Shown: one piece after another, positions 1 to 7,277 of the stretch
How positions within the stretch are numbered: the stretch's first letter is position 1
Layout of the letters: each line of letters starts with the position of its first letter
Origin: a virus
DNA: 64,000 nucleotides
Virus record (IMG/VR): IMGVR_UViG_3300033120_001080
Span: 37,232-101,231 of that record
Reading direction: 5' to 3' (one strand)
The notes under the pieces: model-generated
The model's input: only the letters and a program-made list of their open reading frames with translations
Database searches by the model: none
What the model was told of the DNA's origin: nothing
Translations under genes and position numbers: made by a program

Positions 1-32
1 ATTTTTCTCCGACCTCTGATTGCAATCATCAA

Positions 33-380
33 ATGCTCCGCTGGTTCAGTGATCAGGTGCAGAAGTTGAGTTGGAGCAACGTCAGAAGCATCCCGGAGTG
101 GGGTTTGCCTATATTCTCCTCCGGCATTGTCACTGCTGCCAACATCAGAGACCCTGCAGAAGCACAACAGATAGTGGATTTTGCCCCTGCTTCGTTGAAA
201 TACTACCTGGACCACATCAATCTCACCAAAGGGCAAGTTGAAGACAGCGGAGAATATCAAAATCTATATTCTCGTCAGCAAAAAATGAATCCCAACATCA
301 CCAAAATGATCGAGGCACTGGGGTTTAGTCGCGAAGTGGCTGACTGTTTCATCGATCAGTGTTTGTTCCCAGAACTATAA
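33..380 (+). CDS. Hypothetical protein, possibly 5'-truncated by the window edge
   Basis: 115-aa ORF followed by a hairpin + T-run at 403-423; no recognisable motif. Confidence 0.5.
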   Translation: MLRWFSDQVQKLSWSNVRSIPEWGLPIFSSGIVTAANIRDPAEAQQIVDFAPASLKYYLDHINLTKGQVEDSGEYQNLYSRQQKMNPNITKMIEALGFSREVADCFIDQCLFPEL

Positions 381-426
381 TCCACCGACACCAATGAACA
401 CAGGGCCCCAGGGCCCCTTTTTTACA

Positions 427-432
427 TAAATA
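427..432 (+). promoter_or_regulatory. TAAATA T4-like late-promoter motif upstream of the porin
   Basis: The same hexamer precedes other genes at 8535, 40819, 42052, 57241, 57685 and 44331(-). Confidence 0.5.
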
Positions 433-464
433 ACTCTGGATTTTCCATTGATCTAGAGGAATTT

Positions 465-1550
465 ATGAAAAAAATCTTATTCGCTGCAGTCATAGCTCTG
501 GCCAGTGTGCCAGTTTGTTCTCAGTCCGTGTCAGTCTACGGTGTCATGGATGTATCATTACAGAACAACAAAACCCACGGTGGTACCAGAGATTACGCCA
601 CCAGTTCTCAGCTGAGATCCAACGGTTCCCTACTGGGTTTCCGTGGTCACGAGGCTCTGAGCGCAGGCAACTCTGTGGATTTTCAGCTGGAAACCAGTGT
701 GAACTCCCTGGGCAACGAACGTGGGCAGACTTCTGCCAACAACGGCACTGCATTTGGCACTCTCAGAGATTCGTTTGTGGGCATCAATCTAGATGACCTG
801 GGGTCAATTCGTGGCGGTTACATGTCCACCCCCTATCGTTCAGCCATGGTCAGCATGGAAATATTCCCCGGTGCTGGCATTGATCTCACTCCCAGCACCA
901 GAGCCACTGGTGTGCAGTATTCTCTGCCCAGAAATCGCAACAACATCCATGGCAGTGTGAGTTTTTCCGGCAACAACAGCCCAACCAATCAGGCTCCCAC
1001 CACCACTGCCACTGATCGAGTGATTTCGGCCAATCTGGGCTGGCACCGTGAAAATTTCAGAGCCATTGCAGCCGTGCAACAGACTGACTTTGTACAGGGC
1101 GCCACTGGCCGCAAGTACCCTGTACAACAGGCCACCAACTACATGGTGGGTGCAAACTACACCGGTGTGGCCAATACCCGACTGTCGGCCATCTACGGCC
1201 ACAATCAATACCGCACGTTTGACGGACAGCGTGGTGACAACAACACCATATGGCTGGGAGCCAGTTATCGCCAGGGCAATCACGAGCCCAGAATCTCCTG
1301 GGCCAGATCTTCGTCAATTCAGGGCGTGACCAATGCTGAACGCAGTGACATCACACAACTCACTGCAGGTTATGCGTATCACCTCAGCCGCCGCACACAG
1401 GTGTACGGGGTGTACACCCGAGCCAGCACTGGCAGCGACACTGCCTATAATTTTGTGAATTCGCCGGTGGCCAGCGTCAACACCATTTACGCACTGGGCG
1501 ACGCCACCTACTTGCAGGCCTGGGGTGTGGGCATCCGCCACCAGTTCTAA
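465..1550 (+). CDS. Gram-negative (Neisseria/Burkholderia-type) outer-membrane porin
   Basis: Signal peptide, SVSVYGVMD N-terminus, GFRGHEAL...FQLE, GYAYHLSRRTQVY, C-terminal GIRHQF; GAGG RBS. Confidence 0.9.
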   Translation: MKKILFAAVIALASVPVCSQSVSVYGVMDVSLQNNKTHGGTRDYATSSQLRSNGSLLGFRGHEALSAGNSVDFQLETSVNSLGNERGQTSANNGTAFGTLRDSFVGINLDDLGSIRGGYMSTPYRSAMVSMEIFPGAGIDLTPSTRATGVQYSLPRNRNNIHGSVSFSGNNSPTNQAPTTTATDRVISANLGWHRENFRAIAAVQQTDFVQGATGRKYPVQQATNYMVGANYTGVANTRLSAIYGHNQYRTFDGQRGDNNTIWLGASYRQGNHEPRISWARSSSIQGVTNAERSDITQLTAGYAYHLSRRTQVYGVYTRASTGSDTAYNFVNSPVASVNTIYALGDATYLQAWGVGIRHQF

Positions 1551-1556
1551 CAGTCG

Positions 1557-1587
1557 GGGGATCGTCAGACGATCCCCAAAATTTTTC
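1557..1587 (+). terminator. Intrinsic terminator after the porin
   Basis: GGGGATCGTC-A-GACGATCCCC followed by an A/T run. Confidence 0.65.
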
Positions 1588-1668
1588 AAAAAAAGATAGA
1601 CCTGCAGGAATTTTCAGTTACAATACGTTCATTGAAGATCACAAATAAATTCCATCAAAATTTTTCAA

Positions 1669-1714
1669 ACTTAGGCACACTTAGGCACACTTAGGCACAC
1701 TTAGGCACACTTAG
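1669..1714. repeat. Tandem repeat (TTAGGCACAC)x4 plus partial copies
   Basis: Four exact 10-mers at 1671-1710, flanked by AC and TTAG. Confidence 0.95.
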
Positions 1715-2460
1715 ACGCCACAGTCGTCAAAATTTCAGGGCAGCTTGGCCACAAACAAGCATATGGAGTATCTACAGCACAAGGTTGACGGGCCGAATGT
1801 AATTCCGTTGGAGAACCTGTTCTGATGTGAGACAGTATCCAGTTCCGATAGCTGTGATCGGGCCTCAATACACTACCCCTGTGTGTGAGCACAGGGATGC
1901 CTAAACGGGACACCCCCCTGGTGGATCACGTTTGTATTGTTGTACAGGTTGATTGATAGTGATATCAATGCGAGTAATGCAAATTATTCGCTGAATTTCT
2001 TAACATTGTATACGTTCAGTGACACGGAGAACGTTTAAAAAACGCCGCAGGTTATGGTAAGGGTAGTGCCAAACAATGGAAATTCAAATCAAAATACCTG
2101 CTGTCGTTGAGCGAAGCCGACTCACATGAAACAAATCTCATACAGGCCCAGTTCTTTTTATGACACTGCGAAGTCAGTGTCATATTCGCTCTACGATCTA
2201 CATGAATATGAAAAACAAAAAACACATCATTAATGCCGACACCAGGTAGATCATAAGACACAACAGCATATCATAGACTAGATACACCGTAGATCATGAA
2301 GCAGAAACAGCTCCCAGTAAAACGACAGCGACAGCTGGGAGTTTTACTGAGGAGCAGGGGAGCGACAGCTCCCCTAGTAATTGATACCCAGAATGTACTG
2401 ACACCTGGTCCTGATATCCTGAGATATAAGTTCTGATCAGGGGATTTAAGGCAATCCACG
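1715..2460 (+). ncRNA. Candidate large structured non-coding element
   Basis: No + strand ORF of 60 aa or more; stems CCCTGTG/CACAGGG, GCAGGT/ACCTGC, ATGACACTG/CAGTGTCAT, GGGGAGC-GACA-GCTCCCC. Confidence 0.45.
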
Positions 2461-2538
2461 ATCACGGGGTCTGTTCAAAATAATTGTTGACATCACAGTC
2501 AGAGGTCATTACCATCAGCATCAACATATGATGGTGCA

Positions 2539-2793
2539 ATGATGTATTATCACAGACGACCCCGACCCACCACCGTGGACATAGAACGTGTTATAGCCAG
2601 ATCTCCCCGACACCAGCATTGCGACCTGGTCATAGACCTGGGCAAGAGCGATTATGTGGGTTTGTATTGCCGCCAGCATCACCATAATTTCATGTGGCTC
2701 AATGAATATCAGATCCACTATCTCACTGAGTTGGGGGTGGAGAACAGATCTGGCCATGCTGGCTGTGCACCACCAAGTTCGCAGAAACCGTAA
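2539..2793 (+). CDS. Hypothetical protein
   Basis: 84-aa ORF downstream of a TTGACA element. Confidence 0.5.
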   Translation: MMYYHRRPRPTTVDIERVIARSPRHQHCDLVIDLGKSDYVGLYCRQHHHNFMWLNEYQIHYLTELGVENRSGHAGCAPPSSQKP

Positions 2794-2950
2794 TTTTTGC
2801 AGTGTATTTTCAGACAATGCTAAATACACTGCTACAATTAACGCAGTAATACGCAGCGGAGGCAGATTCTATGTCATCAACTGACTCCATTTAGTCAGCC
2901 AAGGCCAGCCCTGAGAATTTAAAAAATTTGAGTTTTTATGGAGGAAAGTG

Positions 2951-2979
2951 TTGACAGTGACCAAAAACCCCTGTAACAT
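2951..2979 (+). promoter_or_regulatory. Sigma70-like promoter for the tRNA cluster
   Basis: TTGACA-N17-TAACAT. Confidence 0.6.
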
Positions 2980-3132
2980 GCATTGTGTTTACAAATTGTT
3001 GGACGGCCGTGCAGCCACAGATCAACAATTTGTGTTGTCGCAACAGTTGACACAGCAGCTGATAAGTTGTAAACTGTGGCGTGCAATAAACAACATGGCC
3101 TGTGGCCAATAAGCAGCAGCTCTTTAACAACT

Positions 3133-3224
3133 GGAGGATAGGGACCAAGGTGGTCAAGCGGTCTTGAAAACCGTCCCAACGGGGCCAACCCCCGTTGATG
3201 GTTCGACTCCATTATCCTCCTCCA
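3133..3224 (+). tRNA. tRNA-Ser(UGA)
   Basis: Acceptor GGAGGAT/ATCCTCC, anticodon loop CTTGAAA, long variable arm, TTCGACT T-loop, CCA. Confidence 0.9.
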
Positions 3225-3248
3225 GGACAACCAGCAGTAAAACAGAAA

Positions 3249-3374
3249 TTCTGTGCGAATAATTTCAGCAAATTATTATAATGACCATGAAGCTGGCTCA
3301 AGCCAGCGCCGGGCTACCCGGGGCTCGTAAGGCGTTATGCCGAACAACGGGATCAGTTATTCAGATGCACAGAA
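3249..3374 (+). ncRNA. Structured RNA candidate with ATTTCAGCAAA motif (copy 1)
   Basis: Nested stems TTCTGTGC/GCACAGAA and GAATAAT/GTTATTC enclosing TTCAGCAAA and inner hairpins. Confidence 0.5.
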
Positions 3375-3377
3375 CAC

Positions 3378-3462
3378 GGGCGAGTGGCGAAATTGGTAAC
3401 CGCACCTGACTCAGGATCAGACGCCGCAAGGCTTGAGAGTTCGAATCTCTCCTCGCCCACCA
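3378..3462 (+). tRNA. tRNA-Leu(CAG)
   Basis: GGGCGAG/CTCGCCC acceptor, loop CTCAGGA, variable arm, ACCA. Confidence 0.9.
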
Positions 3463-3594
3463 AATTGATATTCAAGCATATTCATCATTGACTGTCGGCC
3501 TTGAGCGGTTGGCTAACCGGGACCGCACAGTGAAGCAGCCTAGCCAGCGCGATGAAAAGCCCTATTACGGCGAGAGTATGCTTGAATATCAATT
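3463..3594 (+). ncRNA. Structured RNA candidate closed by a 21-bp stem
   Basis: AATTGATATTCAAGCATATTC pairs with GAGTATGCTTGAATATCAATT (one G-U). Confidence 0.55.
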
Positions 3595-3707
3595 AATATA
3601 AATAATTGAAGTTGGGGAGTCAGCAACCTAACTCAGCTGAGCTAATCAGCTGGTGAGCATGTGCTTTTATCGGTGGTAAATAGAAATGAAATTTGTGTGA
3701 GAATAAT

Positions 3708-3786
3708 CGGAGTGTCGCCTAGTCCGGTCATGGCACCTGCTTTGGGAGCAGGCATAACCTCAGTTCGAATCTGAGCACTCCGACCA
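3708..3786 (+). tRNA. tRNA-Pro(UGG)
   Basis: CGGAGTG/CACTCCG, loop TTTGGGA, ACCA. Confidence 0.93.
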
Positions 3787-3824
3787 GTACCGTGAGGTGA
3801 GTCGTTGGACTCACAAAACAAGTT

Positions 3825-3899
3825 GGGTTCATAGTGTTAGTGAGAGCACACCGGCTTTGCAAGCCAGAAGGCGGGGTTTGAATCCCCGTGGATCCACCA
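3825..3899 (+). tRNA. tRNA-Ala(UGC)
   Basis: Loop TTTGCAA, G3-U70 pair, ACCA. Confidence 0.88.
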
Positions 3900-3900
3900 A

Positions 3901-3979
3901 AGAAACTAGACCGCATTCTGCTTGTAACTACCAGGGGGTGATCACTGTGACAGCGGTGAGCGAGTGCGGTCTACTTTCT
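3901..3979 (+). ncRNA. Structured RNA candidate (long closing stem)
   Basis: AGAAA-C-TAGACCGCATTC pairs with GAGTGCGGTCTA-C-TTTCT. Confidence 0.5.
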
Positions 3980-3992
3980 CTGGTATATCAAC

Positions 3993-4085
3993 AGTGATTT
4001 GGATGAGTGGTTTAAATCGGCACCCTGCTAAGGTGTTGGTCGTTGATAAGACGGCCCGAGGGTTCGAATCCCTCAATCACTGCCA
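3993..4085 (+). tRNA. tRNA-Ser(GCU)
   Basis: AGTGATT/AATCACT, loop CTGCTAA, long variable arm, GCCA. Confidence 0.9.
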
Positions 4086-4178
4086 ACACACATTGCTGAT
4101 GTGTTGACAGATCATCAGCAAACACAGTGACAACACTGCAGATTGCTGTATAATGTGCAAACTGCAATGCAGTACAGA

Positions 4179-4253
4179 GCCACACTCGTATAATGGTTAT
4201 TACGGCTGACCTGTAATCAGCTTATGGGGATTCGACTTCCTCGTGTGGCTCCA
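4179..4253 (+). tRNA. tRNA-Thr(UGU)
   Basis: GCCACAC/GTGTGGC, stem GCTGA/TCAGC, loop CCTGTAA (C33), CCA. Confidence 0.82.
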
Positions 4254-4264
4254 ACGAGATATCT

Positions 4265-4325
4265 GGGATGATTTCAGCAAAATTTAAGGTTCGAGTCCTT
4301 GACAACGCCAGGTAGGCAGCATCCC
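4265..4325 (+). ncRNA. Small RNA candidate with ATTTCAGCAAA motif and a tRNA T-arm (copy 2)
   Basis: GGGATG/CATCCC stem, ATTTCAGCAAA, AAGG-TTCGAGT-CCTT, then a T-run. Confidence 0.55.
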
Positions 4326-4427
4326 GTTTTTGGTCAGTGTTTTTAATGCAGGTCCACATAGGAGATTGTGACATGGACATTGATAGTTATTGGCAGTGGA
4401 TGAGAAACAACGTGCAATGACATCAGT

Positions 4428-4512
4428 GCCGGGGTGGCGAAATGGGCAACCGCAGCGGATTCAAAATCCGCCGCCGCAAGGCTTGAGGGTTCGAGTCCCT
4501 TCCCCGGTACCA
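4428..4512 (+). tRNA. tRNA-Leu(CAA)
   Basis: Stem GCGGA/TCCGC, loop TTCAAAA, ACCA. Confidence 0.93.
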
Positions 4513-4551
4513 ACTGATGCACGGTCGTAGAATGTAGGGATGTGAACTTGT

Positions 4552-4638
4552 GCGGGTGTGGAGAAATTGGTATACTCAGCGGGCTTAAAACCCGCCCCCG
4601 ATAATGGGATGTCGGTTCGATCCCGACCACCCGCACCA
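4552..4638 (+). tRNA. tRNA-Leu(UAA)
   Basis: Stem GCGGG/CCCGC, loop CTTAAAA, ACCA. Confidence 0.93.
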
Positions 4639-4649
4639 CACACGACAAC

Positions 4650-5099
4650 ATGGAGAGAAACATGAGCGAATTAATAGACACCACGCTGAACAAACATGCC
4701 TGGTTGGAAAAACTCAAGGAATATTCCCTGGACATCCACCAGGCCAATGATGGGTTGAATCTTCAAAACGTCACTGATGTGGATTTTCGCACTTCCTACT
4801 GGTTTGCACACAAGATACAAGTTCCGGGATACATGCCCGGTCCCTGCGCCCTGTGTGTGGTGGATGGTGTTCAGCATCAACTGGCTGCCAAAACCAGGAA
4901 ATTCACTGATTTCAAAGAATTTCTGCAGTTGATCAAAGATCGACCGGGTAAGATCTATCCCTACATGTTTATGTGGTACCCGAACCTGCCGGTGACTTTC
5001 AAGTTAGATCCTGACACTTTTGAGATGACTCTGCTGGATTGCCCAGTGATCGAAGAAAATTTCGGATTTTGGAAAATCCGTTACGCTGAATTAGAGTAA
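4650..5099 (+). CDS. Hypothetical protein
   Basis: 149-aa ORF; GGAG RBS before the ATG at 4662. Confidence 0.7.
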   Translation: MERNMSELIDTTLNKHAWLEKLKEYSLDIHQANDGLNLQNVTDVDFRTSYWFAHKIQVPGYMPGPCALCVVDGVQHQLAAKTRKFTDFKEFLQLIKDRPGKIYPYMFMWYPNLPVTFKLDPDTFEMTLLDCPVIEENFGFWKIRYAELE

Positions 5100-5126
5100 T
5101 CCCATACCCACTGACTTTGAAAAATC

Positions 5127-5348
5127 ATGACCGCCTGGGAATTTTTGCGAGAATTGCATGAAACCATGCACTTTCAAACCCGAGAAGGTAAAAAAGTGGG
5201 CCGCGCCAGCAATTCTGAGCTGCGCCGCTGGATTCAGAATCAGAGTTTGATCATCAATGGTGAGTCTGTGGCCTGGAATGAAGTCATGGATTTTCCCATG
5301 ATCTCGGTGCGATTGTTTACCAGAGCCAACACCATCACCATTTGGTGA
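5127..5348 (+). CDS. Small S4-like RNA-binding domain protein
   Basis: SNSELRRWIQNQSLIINGE resembles the S4 motif SxSEARRxIxQGxVxING. Confidence 0.55.
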   Translation: MTAWEFLRELHETMHFQTREGKKVGRASNSELRRWIQNQSLIINGESVAWNEVMDFPMISVRLFTRANTITIW

Positions 5349-5363
5349 TTTGGGGTCAATAAA

Positions 5364-5636
5364 ATGATATTAGGTCTGAATTTAAGCATTCAGGGATGGT
5401 TTCCGGAGCAGTATTCCGAGGTCAAGAGCTGGGACGGAGTAACACCGATTCAGCACAAACACTGGACTTTCACATTGCTGCGAACCTCTGATTTGGTGGA
5501 AGTCAGTGCCAAGTATACCTGGCGTAGAGATCACGCCGGACTGACAGTGGCGCTGTCCTTGCTGAGCTGGTCTCTGGAGTTGGAAATCTATGATCATCGT
5601 CATTGGGATCACAACACCGGCCAATGGCAAGTTTGA
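5364..5636 (+). CDS. Hypothetical protein
   Basis: 90-aa ORF in an operon-like run. Confidence 0.65.
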   Translation: MILGLNLSIQGWFPEQYSEVKSWDGVTPIQHKHWTFTLLRTSDLVEVSAKYTWRRDHAGLTVALSLLSWSLELEIYDHRHWDHNTGQWQV

Positions 5637-5674
5637 AGCGCACCTTTCACTGAAATTTGGCATCGGAGTCAATT

Positions 5675-5908
5675 GTGAATCAACAAATCAAATTCCTTGC
5701 TGAAGATTGTGGTATGGACAGTCATAGGCTGCCTCACGGGTATGAGTATTGCCTGGCCGGTGAGGATTCCATTGAGCAGTTTGCTCATCGCATCATCGCT
5801 GAATGTATACTTCAAGTGATGATGAACCATCATGGCAGCAGTGATGAATGGGATCGGGCATTGGATAATGCAGTGTCCGACATCAAACAGCGATTTGGTG
5901 TTGAATAG
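5675..5908 (+). CDS. Small protein, EKFAELI..EC family
   Basis: EQFAHRIIAECI...IKQRFGVE; GGAG RBS + GTG. Confidence 0.65.
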   Translation: MNQQIKFLAEDCGMDSHRLPHGYEYCLAGEDSIEQFAHRIIAECILQVMMNHHGSSDEWDRALDNAVSDIKQRFGVE

Positions 5909-6111
5909 TCAGCACTTGGATAAAAATGATGAATACCAATACACGAAATCGACGCCACGTCATTGACGTGGAATTCGTGGCCGGCACTGTGGCTCTGGTG
6001 CTGGCGTTTGCAACCGTGGCAGTGACCATGATCATCGGCACCTAGCCACGGGTAAATCACCCCAGGATACGGATCCTGGATGTCTATTTTCCACCAAAAT
6101 ATGAGATCCCT

Positions 6112-6393
6112 ATGAATCATAACCTCAAGATGCTGTTTACTCTGTCCCCTGAGAATTTGCAAGATCACGGCGTGCTGGCCAACAGCGTAAACAGGATGGC
6201 TGAGAGCCTGCCCGGCGGCATGCTGGTCATGTCCATGGAAGAGTACGAACATCTGACCAGTCGTGATATTTGGCTGACTTGTCTGGAACGTGCGGGGGTG
6301 AGTCAATGGTCAGGCCATGCATTGGCCCTGAAATATCAAGCCGAGTTCGAGCAGTCTCTGATGGAAGAGGCTGCTGAACAAGATCAAGACTGA
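6112..6393 (+). CDS. Hypothetical protein
   Basis: 93-aa ORF. Confidence 0.6.
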   Translation: MNHNLKMLFTLSPENLQDHGVLANSVNRMAESLPGGMLVMSMEEYEHLTSRDIWLTCLERAGVSQWSGHALALKYQAEFEQSLMEEAAEQDQD

Positions 6394-6515
6394 CCCAGCG
6401 ATGTGACCAATACGCCACGTGAAATACATTGACCGCGGCGTATAAATAACGTAGAATTTGCACTGTTCTTTAATAATTAGCTGCCCGTAGCTCAATTGGA
6501 TAGAGCATCGGTCTT

Positions 6516-7128
6516 TGGTAATAATCGGAGCACCACCGAAAAATGCATTGGTAGTCATCCCCCATAATAGCATAGTTGTGGTCGATGTATGGCGTAACAG
6601 TGCAACCGAAAGGCGGTAAAACATCTTGAAGTAGACGTAGCTGGCCAGTGGATCATACGCCTTTGATGGTGTCGCGAAAGCGTTACTACGTTAAGTGCAA
6701 CTGGCCCAAGATGGGTGAATCTTCTCAAAGTCGGCGAACGCTAAGAAAGACTGCACCAAACAGTTGATCTGGTACTGTAGTTCAGTTGGTAGAATTTTGT
6801 TGGTAAATTGTCGTGGGTTCGAGCCCCGCCAGTAACCAGATACATGCCAACGCCGAGCCAAGCCTATATTGATCTGCAACGGGAGAATCACCAATCGTAA
6901 GATAGTGTGGCTATGCTTTTGCAAACAAGTAGGAAGGTGTAGAGAGTGGAAGGGAAGCACCTAAATAGAGTAACTGGGGGTAATGTCCCAGCACCGTTAA
7001 TTAACGGTGAAGGTACACAGGCATTGTGCACTATATGGTGAAGGCGCACTCCAGACCACAAACAGAATAACTGTGATAGAATCCATCAGCGGATTCGTAT
7101 ATCTGACGGTGAAAACCGTAGTGGTACG
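6516..7128 (+). ncRNA. Group I self-splicing intron (613 nt, no endonuclease ORF)
   Basis: P1 with U-G at the 5' splice site (CTT|TGGT/ATCGGAG); P3 CTTCTC/GGGAAG; P4 TCGGCG/CGCCGA; P7 GAGTG/CACTC; P8 CACC/GGTG; terminal G7128. Confidence 0.9.
6767..6841 (+). ncRNA. tRNA-like domain nested in the intron P5 region
   Basis: TAGTTCAGTTGGTAGAAT D-arm, GTGGG-TTCGAGC-CCCGC T-arm, TACTG/CAGTA stem followed by ACCA; degenerate anticodon arm. Confidence 0.75.
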
Positions 7129-7179
7129 CTAAACCGAAGGTTACAGGTTCGATCCCTGTCGGGCAGGCCAGAACAAAAT

Positions 7180-7271
7180 GGATCAGTTGATGCTATGGCG
7201 TGTGCATCTCCGGACTGTAAATCCGGTCCCTCTGGGTAACATTGTTGGTTCGAATCCAACCTGATCCACCA
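7180..7271 (+). tRNA. tRNA-Tyr(GUA)
   Basis: GGATCAG/CTGATCC, loop CTGTAAA, ACCA. Confidence 0.92.
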
Positions 7272-7277
7272 AATCTT

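Larger units (their letters stand above)
6481..7170 (+). tRNA. tRNA-Arg(UCU), split: exons 6481-6515 and 7129-7170
   Basis: Joined exons give CTGCCCG/CGGGCAG acceptor, TCGGT-CTT|CTAA-ACCGA anticodon arm, A20, GCCA. Confidence 0.9.

Noticed and set aside
1669..1714. CRISPR array or telomere (TTAGGC-like) repeat
   Set aside because: No spacers, the unit is 10 bp, and I recognised no cas or reverse transcriptase gene in the window
3133..3224. Selenocysteine or opal-suppressor tRNA
   Set aside because: The anticodon is UGA (reads UCA, Ser), not UCA, and the acceptor is 7 bp
3612..3665. preQ1 or SAM riboswitch (GGGGAGTCAGCAACC)
   Set aside because: Only a partial resemblance; lacks the other elements and a downstream CDS
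4179..4253. tRNA-Tyr reading of CTGTAA
   Set aside because: Stem register GCTGA/TCAGC centres TGT, and there is no long variable arm
2919..4747. Track ORFs overlapping the tRNA cluster
   Set aside because: Shadow translations of tRNA genes
6771..6838. Independent functional tRNA
   Set aside because: No proper anticodon stem-loop and it is embedded in the intron; kept only as a tRNA-like domain
6691..6960. Homing endonuclease in the intron
   Set aside because: The ORF is antisense and lacks LAGLIDADG, HNH or GIY-YIG motifs
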